The position numbers and the translations under genes were made by a program. Positions 20,418-30,226 of a stretch of DNA of 64,000 bases are shown piece after piece. The stretch's first letter is position 1, and every line of letters starts with the position of its first letter. The notes under the pieces are model-generated. The model searched no databases, was not told the origin of the DNA, and was given only the letters and a program-made list of their open reading frames with translations. The DNA lies in assembly GCA_050246755.1 (NCBI GenBank), contig JBFWVL010000001.1, positions 768,001-832,000 on the forward strand, in the 5' to 3' direction. The DNA is from Bacteriovoracia bacterium (GTDB taxonomy: Bacteria; Bdellovibrionota; UBA1018; CAIPTA01).

Positions 20418-20732
20418 ATGAAAGTATTTTGCCTAATGATTTTAACGGCCTTACTCGGATCAACCGTGGCCGCGAACGCCGCTAGTACCGTGCAGATCTA
20501 CCGATGGAATCCAGGCTTTCGCGTGGAATCCGAACCAGTTTTCGAAATGGAATCGACGGAAGAGGATTTTTCTTCACTGCTCGCGAAACCGGAGGAAACA
20601 CTACGTAAAAATTCCGCGCCCGTTTTCACCGGATGCTACGTCGTGAAAAAAAGTTTTGCGCGCTCTATCGCGTCCGCGGGAGAGAACCAGCCAGCGCTCT
20701 ATCGAATCTGTCTGCACCAAGCCCAAAACTAA
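20418..20732 (+). CDS. Small secreted hypothetical protein
   Basis: Signal peptide MKVFCLMILTALLGSTVAANA; two further Cys in the mature part. Confidence 0.65.
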   Translation: MKVFCLMILTALLGSTVAANAASTVQIYRWNPGFRVESEPVFEMESTEEDFSSLLAKPEETLRKNSAPVFTGCYVVKKSFARSIASAGENQPALYRICLHQAQN

Positions 20733-21718
20733 GCCGGCAAACGTCCTATTTCTTTCAGCCAAGTGATTGTGCCGGCGATCGCCGCGTCGATTCGATGAGA
20801 TTTATAGCCGAGATTTTTTTCGGCCTTACTGGAATCCACGTAGAGATACCAGGAAGCCACCTGCCTCACGAGTTCAGGAGTCATGTGAATATCAATTCCC
20901 ATGAGGTTGAGCACACGCAAGGCGCCCGCGAGAGTGCTCATCATCGTTTTAGGCACATATCGCTTGGGCGAAGGACGGCCGAGAATACTGTTCACGCGCA
21001 CGATAAGCTCACCGTAGGAAAGATTTTCACCGCCGAGAATATAGCGCTCGCCGGTGGCGCCTTTTTTCAATGCGAGCATATGGCCGGCCACTACGTCGTT
21101 CACATCCACGAAGTTGATCCCTCCGTGAAAGAGAAACGGCGGCTTGAATTTGTAGATAAGGCCCGCGTACCCTTTTTCGAATCGCCGCGTATCGCCCGGC
21201 CCTAGCAGAGAACCGGGATTTACGATCACGGCATCCAGGCCCCGCTCCACTTCCTTTAAAACTTCGCACTCGGCATCGTATTTGGTGTCGAAATAGGCAA
21301 GCCCGAGCTTCCGGGCATTAAACGGCGTGGACTCATTCATCAAAATCAAGGGGTCTTCGTTCACCCCGATGGCCGCGGTGGAGCTGGTGTGCACGAAACG
21401 TTTCACGCCCTGCTTGCGGGCAGCCTGCGCTATGGCCTGAGTCCCGAGCACGTTCGTCTGGTACATTAGCTCCGCTTTTTTGGGATTATACGAAATGAGG
21501 CCGGCCGTATGGAATACCCAGTCCATTCCCTCGCAGGCGCGTTCCAGTGAGGCCGAATTGCCGAGATCTCCGACCGATACGGTCACCGTAGAGTCCTGGA
21601 AACGTGCCGTGGCTTTAGGATCGCGCACCAGCAACCGCACTTCGTGCCCTTCGTCTAAAAGAGCTTTGGTGAGCTTGGTTCCGAGAAACCCTGCGCCACC
21701 CGTTACGAGGGCCTTCAT
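20729..21718 (-). CDS. NAD-dependent epimerase/dehydratase (extended SDR, HpnA/DFR-like)
   Basis: VTGGAGFLG, HTSS, YxxxK (YFDTK), VDVNDVVAGH, GERYILGG. Confidence 0.9.
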   Translation of the reverse strand: MKALVTGGAGFLGTKLTKALLDEGHEVRLLVRDPKATARFQDSTVTVSVGDLGNSASLERACEGMDWVFHTAGLISYNPKKAELMYQTNVLGTQAIAQAARKQGVKRFVHTSSTAAIGVNEDPLILMNESTPFNARKLGLAYFDTKYDAECEVLKEVERGLDAVIVNPGSLLGPGDTRRFEKGYAGLIYKFKPPFLFHGGINFVDVNDVVAGHMLALKKGATGERYILGGENLSYGELIVRVNSILGRPSPKRYVPKTMMSTLAGALRVLNLMGIDIHMTPELVRQVASWYLYVDSSKAEKNLGYKSHRIDAAIAGTITWLKEIGRLPA

Positions 21719-21765
21719 GTGGACTTCCTCTAGTTTGGGAGTTACTTTAGTGGCCTCAAGATATC

Positions 21766-22608
21766 ATGACCGACGACATCAGCACCCTAGATTTTGTGGC
21801 CTTCGATACCGAGACTACCGGCCTGAGCCCCAGCTCGGAAGGCTTAGTAGAGCTCGCCGCCGTTCGTTTTGATTTGCGCACCGGTGCGAAGGAATATTTC
21901 CAGACTTTCGTGAACCCGCGTAAGCCGATTCCGCCCCAGGTTTCCCGCATCCACGGCATCACCGACGATATGGTTTTTTCCGCGCCCACCATCGATCAAG
22001 TGCTGCCGAGCTTTTTCCGCTTCATCGAGGGCGCCGTGCCGGTGGCCCACAATGCTCCCTTCGATATCGGGTTCATTTCCCTGCACGCGATGAGATCCGG
22101 GCTCACCGCCCCCGATATGCCGATCTTAGATTCCTGCATGTTCTCCCGCCGCGTTTTCTTAGAACAACCCTCGCACCGCCTCGGCGCGCTCGCGGAGGCC
22201 TTCGGCATTCCCACGGGAAACGCCCACCGCGCTCTCGACGATGCCAAAACCTGCATGGAAGTTTTTCGTTTGGCCGTGGGGAAAAGCTGCGGGGTGAATG
22301 CCGGCTGGCAGGAACTGGCGAATCGCCACGGAAAACTCCATTCGTTCACCGACGCTTCCAAGCCCGTGACCCAAACGAAAAAAATCGTCCCTCTCGAGCC
22401 CCTCTTCAAGGCCCTTGAGGAGAGAAAGTCTATTTGGATTAAATATGAAGGTGGCTATAGCGCGCGCGAAATCAGCCCGCTCCTGCTCTACGCCAAGGGG
22501 GCCCAGCAGTACATGGAAGCTACTTGCCACCTCGACGGGATCCGTAAAAGTTTTCGCCTAGACCGTATCAAACAGGTGCTCCATGGCCCTGGAGAGAGGA
22601 AAAAATGA
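21766..22608 (+). CDS. DEDDh 3'-5' exonuclease (DnaQ-like) fused to a C-terminal WYL domain
   Basis: DTETTG, AHNAPFD, HRALDDA; C-terminal IKY...REISP...YMEATCHL...KSFRLDRI. Confidence 0.85.
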   Translation: MTDDISTLDFVAFDTETTGLSPSSEGLVELAAVRFDLRTGAKEYFQTFVNPRKPIPPQVSRIHGITDDMVFSAPTIDQVLPSFFRFIEGAVPVAHNAPFDIGFISLHAMRSGLTAPDMPILDSCMFSRRVFLEQPSHRLGALAEAFGIPTGNAHRALDDAKTCMEVFRLAVGKSCGVNAGWQELANRHGKLHSFTDASKPVTQTKKIVPLEPLFKALEERKSIWIKYEGGYSAREISPLLLYAKGAQQYMEATCHLDGIRKSFRLDRIKQVLHGPGERKK

Positions 22609-23771
22609 AGGCCCTCATTCTGCCGGTAAACCGCGCCACGTGGTCTACCACCAAAGGCTACGAGCTCAGCAATGTTCCGGCGCCCGTGCTCGACGAAAAG
22701 CGCGATCCCGAAGACGCCCACCGTGTTTTGATCGAACCAATCTACGCCGGCGTTTGCGGCACCGATAAAGGGATCTGGTTTCGTAAGGCATTTCGCGATT
22801 CCATCCTGCATCATCTCGAGGCCGACAAGCGCGATTACTTCGTGATGGGCCACGAGCTTCTGGGGCGTATCGTGGAGCTCGGCTCCGAAGCGAAACGCCT
22901 CGGCCGGGTGCACGTAGGCCAAGTGGTGAGCGCCGAATCCCATATCTTCTGCGGGAAATGCCCGATGTGCCTCGCCGGCAACCAGCATGTTTGCGCCAAC
23001 GAACGCATTATCGGCGTAACGTGGGATGGAGTTTTTGCCGAGCGCGTGAAATTGCCCGAGAACGTGCTGTGGCCCACCGTGCTCGAGAAAGTTAGGCCTG
23101 AAATCGCCGCCATTCAGGAACCGTTCGGAAATGCCGTGCATGTTTGCACCCCGAATATGACGAGCTCGGATCTGCGCCACGCGGAAATGCGCGGGAAAAG
23201 CGTGGCCGTATTCGGCTGCGGAACCATCGGCTTATTTTCCATCCTGATCGCCCGGGCCATGGGCGCGAAAAAAATTATTGGGATCGAACCGAATCCGGCA
23301 AACAAGGCGAAGGCCAAAGCGTGCGGCGCCGATGAAGTGATCGACCCCTCGGATCATTCGGCCGCGCATATCCGCGCTCTCACCGAGGGGTACGGCGCCG
23401 ATTATACTCTGGAGATGAGCGGCTTTCCTTCTAGCCTGGTCCAGGCCATCCAAGGCGCCCGCCGCGGCGGAAATATCGTGCTGTTCGGGCTTTCTTCGGG
23501 CGATGTAACGGTTCCCCGATTCGAAGAATTAATCACCGCGGGAAAACGCATCCACGCCATCGTGGGCCGCCGCGTTTTTTCCACCTGGGAGCTCACTAAG
23601 CAACTTCTCGAAGACCGCGGAAATGGCATCCAGGATGCGGTATGGAAGCATGTTTTAGACGAGGGAAAAGGAACCATCCTTCCTCTGAGCGAGTTCACAT
23701 CGGAGCGCTTCGAGCAAAATTTGCTGGAGCATCCCAAGACCCTGATCCAAATTTCTTCGCCTAACGCCTAG
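22605..23771 (+). CDS. tdh: L-threonine 3-dehydrogenase-like zinc-binding dehydrogenase
   Basis: GVCGTD, GHE, VSAESHIFCGKCPMC..GNQHVC, EPFGNAVH, LEMSG; kbl is nearby. Confidence 0.8.
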   Translation: MKALILPVNRATWSTTKGYELSNVPAPVLDEKRDPEDAHRVLIEPIYAGVCGTDKGIWFRKAFRDSILHHLEADKRDYFVMGHELLGRIVELGSEAKRLGRVHVGQVVSAESHIFCGKCPMCLAGNQHVCANERIIGVTWDGVFAERVKLPENVLWPTVLEKVRPEIAAIQEPFGNAVHVCTPNMTSSDLRHAEMRGKSVAVFGCGTIGLFSILIARAMGAKKIIGIEPNPANKAKAKACGADEVIDPSDHSAAHIRALTEGYGADYTLEMSGFPSSLVQAIQGARRGGNIVLFGLSSGDVTVPRFEELITAGKRIHAIVGRRVFSTWELTKQLLEDRGNGIQDAVWKHVLDEGKGTILPLSEFTSERFEQNLLEHPKTLIQISSPNA

Positions 23772-23901
23772 AGCCCTGGGGATATTTTCCCCATACGGCG
23801 GCCTCAAGCCCAATGGTTTCTATTTAATTGCACTTGGGCAACTGGCATCTCCCTTGCTCTGCATGGTTCGGTTGGATTCCCCAACCAAGGGGTGGTTAAA
23901 A

Positions 23902-24411
23902 ATGAGATTTCGCGACGCGCACTTTATCGAAGCCTTGTACGTGGTCTTTCTCGCTTTCTGCTTAGTGGCCCTGAGCTCCTGCTCCTACCAGAAAAACTTG
24001 GAAAAAAAGGTGGAACAGGAAGCCGTGGCCGAGCCTGCCGTGGCGCCCGGCCCTGAACTTTCTGCCGCGAGCGAAGGCGTGATTTTCGACGCCCCCAACT
24101 TGAAGCCCGAGCAGAAAGAAAAGCTGAAGGCCCTTCATGCCCGGACCACTGAGAAAATGACCAAGATTCGCGAGGAAATCGGCCAGCACCAGATGGTGCT
24201 GGTAAAAAATCTGGTTAATCCAAAATCCGATGACAACAAGATTAAAGTTGTCCGAGAAAAGATCCTCGATTTGGAACGCGAGAGAACAAATCTTTGGCTG
24301 AATAGCCTGGATGAAGCCAAACGCATTCTGGGACGCCGCACAGAAGGAGACGAACGGCTCTATCGGGCCTTTATCCTTACCGAACCTGCCAGCACCCGCG
24401 CCATGCAGTAA
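23902..24411 (+). CDS. Spy/CpxP-like helical periplasmic lipoprotein
   Basis: Lipobox LSSC; NLKPEQKEKLKAL resembles the LTxEQ motif; all-helical. Confidence 0.6.
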   Translation: MRFRDAHFIEALYVVFLAFCLVALSSCSYQKNLEKKVEQEAVAEPAVAPGPELSAASEGVIFDAPNLKPEQKEKLKALHARTTEKMTKIREEIGQHQMVLVKNLVNPKSDDNKIKVVREKILDLERERTNLWLNSLDEAKRILGRRTEGDERLYRAFILTEPASTRAMQ

Positions 24412-24447
24412 CTTGCCCTTAAGGCAAGGCCGCGCTAAAACGTGGGG

Positions 24448-25644
24448 ATGTACGGAAAATTTCGCGCCCATATTGAGCAACAACTAACCGAAATCGAAGC
24501 CGCGGGCCTTTATAAGCGGGAACGAAAGATCGAAGGCCCTCAGGCCAGCCACATTAAGGTGGCGGGCAAGGAAGTACTGAATTTCTGCGCCAATAACTAC
24601 CTCGGCCTCTCTTCCCATCCCGAACTCCTCCGCACGGCTCACGAAGGCTTGGATAAATTCGGCTACGGCCTCTCCTCGGTGCGCTTCATCTGCGGCACCC
24701 AAACCATTCATAAAGACTTAGAGCAATCCATCTCCTCCTTTCTCGGAACCGAAGATAGCATTCTCTTTTCCAGCTGCTTCGATGCGAACGGCGGGGTATT
24801 CGAGGCGCTGCTAGGCGAAGAAGACGCCATCATTTCCGACGAGCTCAACCACGCTTCGATCATCGATGGTATACGCCTCTGCAAAGCCGTGCGCTACCGC
24901 TATAAAAACCGCGACCTCGCCGATCTCGAAGCCAAGCTCATCGAAGCCAAATCCCAGCGCTTTCGCCTGATCGTTACCGATGGTGCTTTCTCGATGGACG
25001 GCTCGATTGCCCCGCTCAAAGAAATCTGCGACCTCGCGGAAAAATACGATGCCCTGCTGATGATCGACGACTCGCATGCCTCCGGTTTCATGGGCCCCAA
25101 CGGCCGTGGTACACACGAACATTTCGGCGTGATGGGCAGAGTGGACATCATCACTTCCACGCTGGGAAAAGCCCTCGGCGGCTCGGCCGGAGGATTCGTG
25201 TCCGGGCACCAAGCGATCGTGGATTTACTGCGCCAGCGCGCCCGCCCTTATCTTTTTTCCAATACCCTCACTCCGCCCGTGGTGCGCGCTTCGATCCGCG
25301 CTCTCGAGCTCGTGAGCGATCCCAAGGTGGGCGGAGAAATGCGCAAGCGCCTCTGGGCGAATACCAAGCGCTTCCGCGAGGCTATGGTGGCGGCCGGCTT
25401 CACCATTAAACCCGGCGAACACCCCGTGGTGCCGGTGATGCTCGGCGACGCGAAGCTTTCCCAGGATTTTGCGAAGGAACTGATGAACGAGGGCGTATAT
25501 GTGGCGGGCTTCTTCTTCCCCGTGGTGCCCAAGGGCCAGGCACGTATTCGCGTGCAGCTTTCCGCCGGCCATTCCCCCGAAGATGTGGAAAACGCGATCG
25601 CGGCTTTCGCTAAGGTGGGCAAGAAGCTCGGCGTGATTCAGTAA
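24448..25644 (+). CDS. kbl: Glycine C-acetyltransferase (2-amino-3-ketobutyrate CoA ligase)
   Basis: [51 protein letters not shown]. Confidence 0.96.
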   Translation: MYGKFRAHIEQQLTEIEAAGLYKRERKIEGPQASHIKVAGKEVLNFCANNYLGLSSHPELLRTAHEGLDKFGYGLSSVRFICGTQTIHKDLEQSISSFLGTEDSILFSSCFDANGGVFEALLGEEDAIISDELNHASIIDGIRLCKAVRYRYKNRDLADLEAKLIEAKSQRFRLIVTDGAFSMDGSIAPLKEICDLAEKYDALLMIDDSHASGFMGPNGRGTHEHFGVMGRVDIITSTLGKALGGSAGGFVSGHQAIVDLLRQRARPYLFSNTLTPPVVRASIRALELVSDPKVGGEMRKRLWANTKRFREAMVAAGFTIKPGEHPVVPVMLGDAKLSQDFAKELMNEGVYVAGFFFPVVPKGQARIRVQLSAGHSPEDVENAIAAFAKVGKKLGVIQ

Positions 25645-25646
25645 AC

Positions 25647-26687
25647 GTGAAAGCCAAAAACGTACATAGAGAACTTCTCGCCTGGTACCGCGAGAACAAA
25701 CGGGATCTTCCTTGGCGCAGAAGCAAAGATCCCTACCGCATCTGGATTTCCGAGATCATGCTCCAGCAGACGCGTGTGGAAACGGTAATTCCCTACTACG
25801 AGCGTTTTCTTTCCAATTTTCCCACCGTAGCCGCTCTCGCCGAAGCAGATACCGATACGCTTCTGAATCTCTGGGCTGGCCTCGGCTACTATTCCCGCGC
25901 ACGGAATCTCAAGGCGGCGGCGCAAAAGGTGATGAGCGAATTCTCGGGAAAAATGCCCAAAGATTATGAATCCCTGCGCACGCTGAATGGAATCGGCCCG
26001 TATACTGCCTCCGCCATCGCCAGCATCGCCCACGACGAGCCCCACGCCGCCATCGATGGAAATCTCCAGCGAGTATTTTCTAGGCTGCTAGCACTACGAG
26101 AGGATCCCAAAACCACCGGAAAGCTTGCGGTAGAAAAACTCGGCCAGGAATTGGTGAATCTAGGTTCCCCGGGAGACTTGAACCAGGCCGTAATGGACCT
26201 GAGCTCGCGCATCTGCCTTCCTCGCGAACCTCTCTGCATGAGCTGCCCCCTCTTTTCGGAATGCGAAGCGCGTAAACAAGGCATCCAGCGCGAAATTCCG
26301 GTGAAGAAAGAAAAGAAGGCCGCCATCGAGCTCGAGGCTTCCGGCTTGATTCTCATTGCGCAGGAAGAACTGCTTTTGGCCAGGCGGCCGGTGGGCGAAT
26401 GGCTCGCGGGAATGTGGGATTTACCCTGGTGGATAGGAACGGCGGAAATTCCGAAACTTCTGGGTGAAGAATTTGGCCAGTACTCCCAAAAGCGTACCAT
26501 CACCAAGCATAAGATTGCTTTCACTGTTCGGGCCTTCAGGTTCGAGAAAAAACCACTGAAAAAAATACTGCAGAAAATTCCTGCGCCCGCCGCCGAATAT
26601 AAATGGGTGAAACTAAGCGATTTGCATGGAGTGAACCTGCCGCGGCCTTCGGAACGATCGCTGACGAAAATTCTGGAAGAGATTTAA
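25647..26687 (+). CDS. mutY: A/G-specific adenine glycosylase MutY
   Basis: RDLPWR, SEIMLQQT, WAGLGYYSRARNL, HhH GIGPYTA, DGN, 4Fe-4S Cys cluster, NUDIX-like tail. Confidence 0.96.
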   Translation: MKAKNVHRELLAWYRENKRDLPWRRSKDPYRIWISEIMLQQTRVETVIPYYERFLSNFPTVAALAEADTDTLLNLWAGLGYYSRARNLKAAAQKVMSEFSGKMPKDYESLRTLNGIGPYTASAIASIAHDEPHAAIDGNLQRVFSRLLALREDPKTTGKLAVEKLGQELVNLGSPGDLNQAVMDLSSRICLPREPLCMSCPLFSECEARKQGIQREIPVKKEKKAAIELEASGLILIAQEELLLARRPVGEWLAGMWDLPWWIGTAEIPKLLGEEFGQYSQKRTITKHKIAFTVRAFRFEKKPLKKILQKIPAPAAEYKWVKLSDLHGVNLPRPSERSLTKILEEI

Positions 26688-26800
26688 GCTACTGGTCAAA
26701 TTGCGGGTGGCTAACACGCTAGAAGCCAACGATTTTGTTACCGCCCCTGGTTAAAAGCATTCCTTTTGGGAACAGTTACTGCATCCTTCGTTCTATCTAT

Positions 26801-28237
26801 ATGGAGCTCAAAATTAACCCATCTAAGCGGCTACGGCTACAGTGCGATCTGTCTAAGTATTTTGCACTTGTCTTCCTTTTTTGCGGTGCCCTTTTTGCGA
26901 CTTCAGGATTTGCCGGAGAGCCCACATGCATGGAGAGCAATGGGAAGCCATTGCTCGGCCAAGAGACAGATTCAATTTTTCGGGCCATCGCCTCAGTTCC
27001 AAAAGGACAGTTTCAGTGGGTGGTAGAAAGTGGCTCGGCAATGGGCTGCGTTTTGAGCTTAGACCGGAATACTGGAGATAATACGGCCTGCAATAAGCTT
27101 CCTTTTTTGCCAATCCAATGCATCGGATCCGCGAATCGAGCCCAAATAAAAGCCTCACAATTCTGTGCCACCAAACTCCGTACGGTATTTCGCTGGCTTG
27201 ATGACAAGGCAGAGAAATGCGGAGAGTTCGCAATTCTGGAAGAAGAAAAAGATAAACCATTATTTTATTTGAACGAGACCGAAAAATCTCTCTGCGGTTA
27301 CACTTGGGTCACCAAAATAGAAAAAAATGAATTTATGTTCTATCGCGATGCGGGCAGGCACTTCTTTCATCCTCTTTCTCGCTTAAGTCTAAACAACCTT
27401 ACTTCCTCTATTGCGAACCTTACCGAGCTTGATCCTATTCCGCTCGAATCTTATAGCCAGCCAAGCCGAGAGGTAGGGGCGGCTTTGGTATATAAAATCT
27501 ATGAAGAGAAGGAAAAGGATTCCAAAGAGAAATTTGCAACTTTCAATCCGTTAGAAAATTCCGAAATTCAGATCGCCTTCAAGATCAAGCACCTAAGTAG
27601 TATTGTCCAAAACGGTTTTTTAAATCAGTTCCAAACCGGTACGACCGGCGGAAGTCAATGTCTCGACTGTCGAAAGAAAGAAGAAGACAGACTGATCGGC
27701 CGAAAAATCGAGCCAGAGAACGATGATGGATCCGGGCAAGAAACTGATGCCCAAACGACAGCTCGTATTAATGAAGTCCGGCCTAAGTACGCATTTCTTA
27801 TGCCGGATGGGAGTGCTTCCGAGAGGGTTGAGTTGGGGCACCGTTACGGGGATTCATTTTACGGGGAAGTAATCGCTATATTGAAGCCACAAGTCAAGGA
27901 TCGTGCAACTTTCACAACTAAGGATTCTCTGTTTACTGGTGGCGATAAAACGTTCGATCACTCTCTCCGCCGAACCTTTAAGTCGCCTATGAAGACTCCT
28001 GATTTCCCTGGAAACCAGTATTGGGAAGCTCAGATTTGGGGAAGTTTGCGGATTGACGAGGACGTCAATTACTTCCTCTGGAACTGTTTTTCGTACTTAG
28101 GCTCTGTCATGAAACAAGGGACCGAGACCGATCTTGAGAAATTGAAAGCGTTGGGTAAGCCAGTCTACGAATGTATCGCAGACGTCTCTCCCGGGTCTAC
28201 GTCTCCGAACCGTTTCCGTAAAGGATCGCGTTTGTAA
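26801..28237 (+). CDS. Secreted protein with a C-terminal DUF3626-like domain
   Basis: Hydrophobic N-terminal segment, Cys-rich N-half; NQFQTGTTGG, RPKYA, YGEV...LKPQVKDRATFT..DS, YWEAQIWG. More AT-rich than flanks. Start uncertain. Confidence 0.65.
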   Translation: MELKINPSKRLRLQCDLSKYFALVFLFCGALFATSGFAGEPTCMESNGKPLLGQETDSIFRAIASVPKGQFQWVVESGSAMGCVLSLDRNTGDNTACNKLPFLPIQCIGSANRAQIKASQFCATKLRTVFRWLDDKAEKCGEFAILEEEKDKPLFYLNETEKSLCGYTWVTKIEKNEFMFYRDAGRHFFHPLSRLSLNNLTSSIANLTELDPIPLESYSQPSREVGAALVYKIYEEKEKDSKEKFATFNPLENSEIQIAFKIKHLSSIVQNGFLNQFQTGTTGGSQCLDCRKKEEDRLIGRKIEPENDDGSGQETDAQTTARINEVRPKYAFLMPDGSASERVELGHRYGDSFYGEVIAILKPQVKDRATFTTKDSLFTGGDKTFDHSLRRTFKSPMKTPDFPGNQYWEAQIWGSLRIDEDVNYFLWNCFSYLGSVMKQGTETDLEKLKALGKPVYECIADVSPGSTSPNRFRKGSRL

Positions 28238-28326
28238 CGTCTGTTGATGAGTGAACAAAAATACTAGTCATCCGACTGAATCCACGATCAGAAATATACT
28301 GATATTTATTCCCGGAATTTCCGAGC

Positions 28327-29094
28327 CTACTTATCGAGACTGCCCATATTCGACTGGAAGTGCTCAATCGCCATCGGCGAGCGGGAAACCGTCGAGTGAA
28401 GGTTGGAATACGTATTTTCGTAGCTCACCGTGCGGGAGCGAGAAGAAACGTCGGCTCCTTGCACCACCGTGAGGTAGGGCAAAATCTTCGTGGCCACTTC
28501 CTGCACGCTCTCCACGCGCACGCCCTCTTGCTCGAGGGTGGTAACGGCGCAGTTCTGGATCCCGCAGGGAACGATGGAACCGAAACCTTGTAGGCAGGAA
28601 GAGTTCACGTTCAGCGAAAACCCGTGGAACACGTAGCCGTCTTTCACGCTGATGCCGATCGAAGCCAATTTTCCGCGGCTCGTCCAGAGACCGGGATAGT
28701 CGGAACGCGTTTGCACGCTGCGCACCCCGAGCAGAGCGCAGGCATGGGCAAGGCCAAGCAGAAGCTCTTCGGTGAAGCGCTTCACGGCCTTGGGATCACC
28801 GTAGGTGCGTTTTAAATTTACGATTGGGAATCCCACGAGCTGGCCGGGGCCGTGGTAGGCGGCTTTGCCACCGCGGTCGGTGGAGAGAACGCGGATCCCG
28901 CGCTGCTGCAAAAATTGCGGAGAAACAAGTAGGTCTTCGTCTTCATCTCCGAGACGGCCCAGCGTGATGGTTTCCGGCGGTTCAAACGCGAGGAGACCGG
29001 TATAGTCTTCGGCATTAAGGATGCCTTGGAAACGCAAAGCTTCTTCGTAGGAATAATTAGGACGGAACGCAAAAAATAGTGAGCTCAAATCCAA
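28327..29094 (-). CDS. lipB: Lipoyl(octanoyl) transferase LipB
   Basis: TLGR, DRGGKAAYHGPGQLVGFPI, KLASIG, HGFSLNV, IVPCG. TTG start at 29094 or 29088 after GAGGG. Confidence 0.9.
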   Translation of the reverse strand: MDLSSLFFAFRPNYSYEEALRFQGILNAEDYTGLLAFEPPETITLGRLGDEDEDLLVSPQFLQQRGIRVLSTDRGGKAAYHGPGQLVGFPIVNLKRTYGDPKAVKRFTEELLLGLAHACALLGVRSVQTRSDYPGLWTSRGKLASIGISVKDGYVFHGFSLNVNSSCLQGFGSIVPCGIQNCAVTTLEQEGVRVESVQEVATKILPYLTVVQGADVSSRSRTVSYENTYSNLHSTVSRSPMAIEHFQSNMGSLDK

Positions 29095-29098
29095 CCCT

Positions 29099-30214
29099 CT
29101 ATAATCCTTCCGACAAGGCTTGCTTGTCGGCCACGGGAGGTTCTTCCTTGTAGTAGGAAGACTCAAAATACCTCTCCGTGAGATAACCACCTAAAACCTT
29201 GACCATCGCCATGATGGGGAGCGCCAAGAGAATTCCTAAAAAACCTAACAGCTCTCCGCCCGCCAATAAAGCCAAAATTATCGTTAATGGAGATATCCCC
29301 ATTTGTTTTCCCACAATTCTGGGCGTGAGCACCGTGTTGTCTACGAGATTCGCCACGAGGTAAACGCCAAGAATGGCGATGCATTGCGTAAGCTGACCGC
29401 CACCGAGTACGGCGATGAAAAGCGCGAGACCGAGCGAGGTGAGCATTCCCACGAAAGGAATTAAATTTAAAAATCCGCTGATGATCCCTAAGAGCAGTGC
29501 CATGTCCATTCCCACGGCGCTTAGGGCCGCGCTGTAATAGGCCGCAAGCACGGCGCAAATTAAAAATTGGCCGCGGATCAAGCCACCGAGCACGATCGAT
29601 AGCCGGCGCATCACTTCTTGCACGTCGGCCACGTAGCGCCGCGGAACGATCTGCAGGAGCTGCCGGTTGAGTACGTAGTAATCCTTCAGCATATAGAAGG
29701 TGAGGATGGGAATCATGAGCACGGTGAGCAAAGCACTGATGGCTTTAGCGGTGCCGCTGAGAAAATTCTCGATGAGCACTCCCATAGCGGGAATCGCCGT
29801 GCCCTCCGGGATAAGCGTGGGCAGGACTTCTTTCCACTGGGTAAATACGTCGTAGCCCAAGTAGCGCATGGAATAAGGGCCGAGCCGAAACGAAAGAAAA
29901 TCCATTAACTGAGGCAAGCGCAGGAAGAGGGCCTGAAGCTGCACCACCACCTTGGGCACCATCACCACGGCGAAGGCGATGAGCAGAGCGAAGACGATGA
30001 GCAACATGAGAAAGATCGGACCCACGCGCCCAAATCCGCGCTTCTCCGCCGCGCGCACGACGGGATTCAGCAAGAACGCCAGGAAGTACGCGATGAAAAT
30101 CGGAATATAGATGGTGCGAAGGAAATAAAAGCTAATGAGAATCAGCGCGATCACGCCGATAATAATTTTTTGCTGAAGCGGCGTAAGGCTGCCTCTAGGG
30201 TTATTCATCTGCAT
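29099..30214 (-). CDS. AI-2E family transporter
   Basis: LAFLLNPVV, LIRGQ, NLIPFVG, PRIVG..MGISP, GILLALP. Confidence 0.92.
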   Translation of the reverse strand: MQMNNPRGSLTPLQQKIIIGVIALILISFYFLRTIYIPIFIAYFLAFLLNPVVRAAEKRGFGRVGPIFLMLLIVFALLIAFAVVMVPKVVVQLQALFLRLPQLMDFLSFRLGPYSMRYLGYDVFTQWKEVLPTLIPEGTAIPAMGVLIENFLSGTAKAISALLTVLMIPILTFYMLKDYYVLNRQLLQIVPRRYVADVQEVMRRLSIVLGGLIRGQFLICAVLAAYYSAALSAVGMDMALLLGIISGFLNLIPFVGMLTSLGLALFIAVLGGGQLTQCIAILGVYLVANLVDNTVLTPRIVGKQMGISPLTIILALLAGGELLGFLGILLALPIMAMVKVLGGYLTERYFESSYYKEEPPVADKQALSEGL

Positions 30215-30226
30215 TGTTTTCCACCA

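Noticed and set aside
28251-28472. 73-aa ORF after the DUF3626-like gene as an immunity gene
   Set aside because: Mostly antisense to the lipB 3' end, no SD, low-information sequence.
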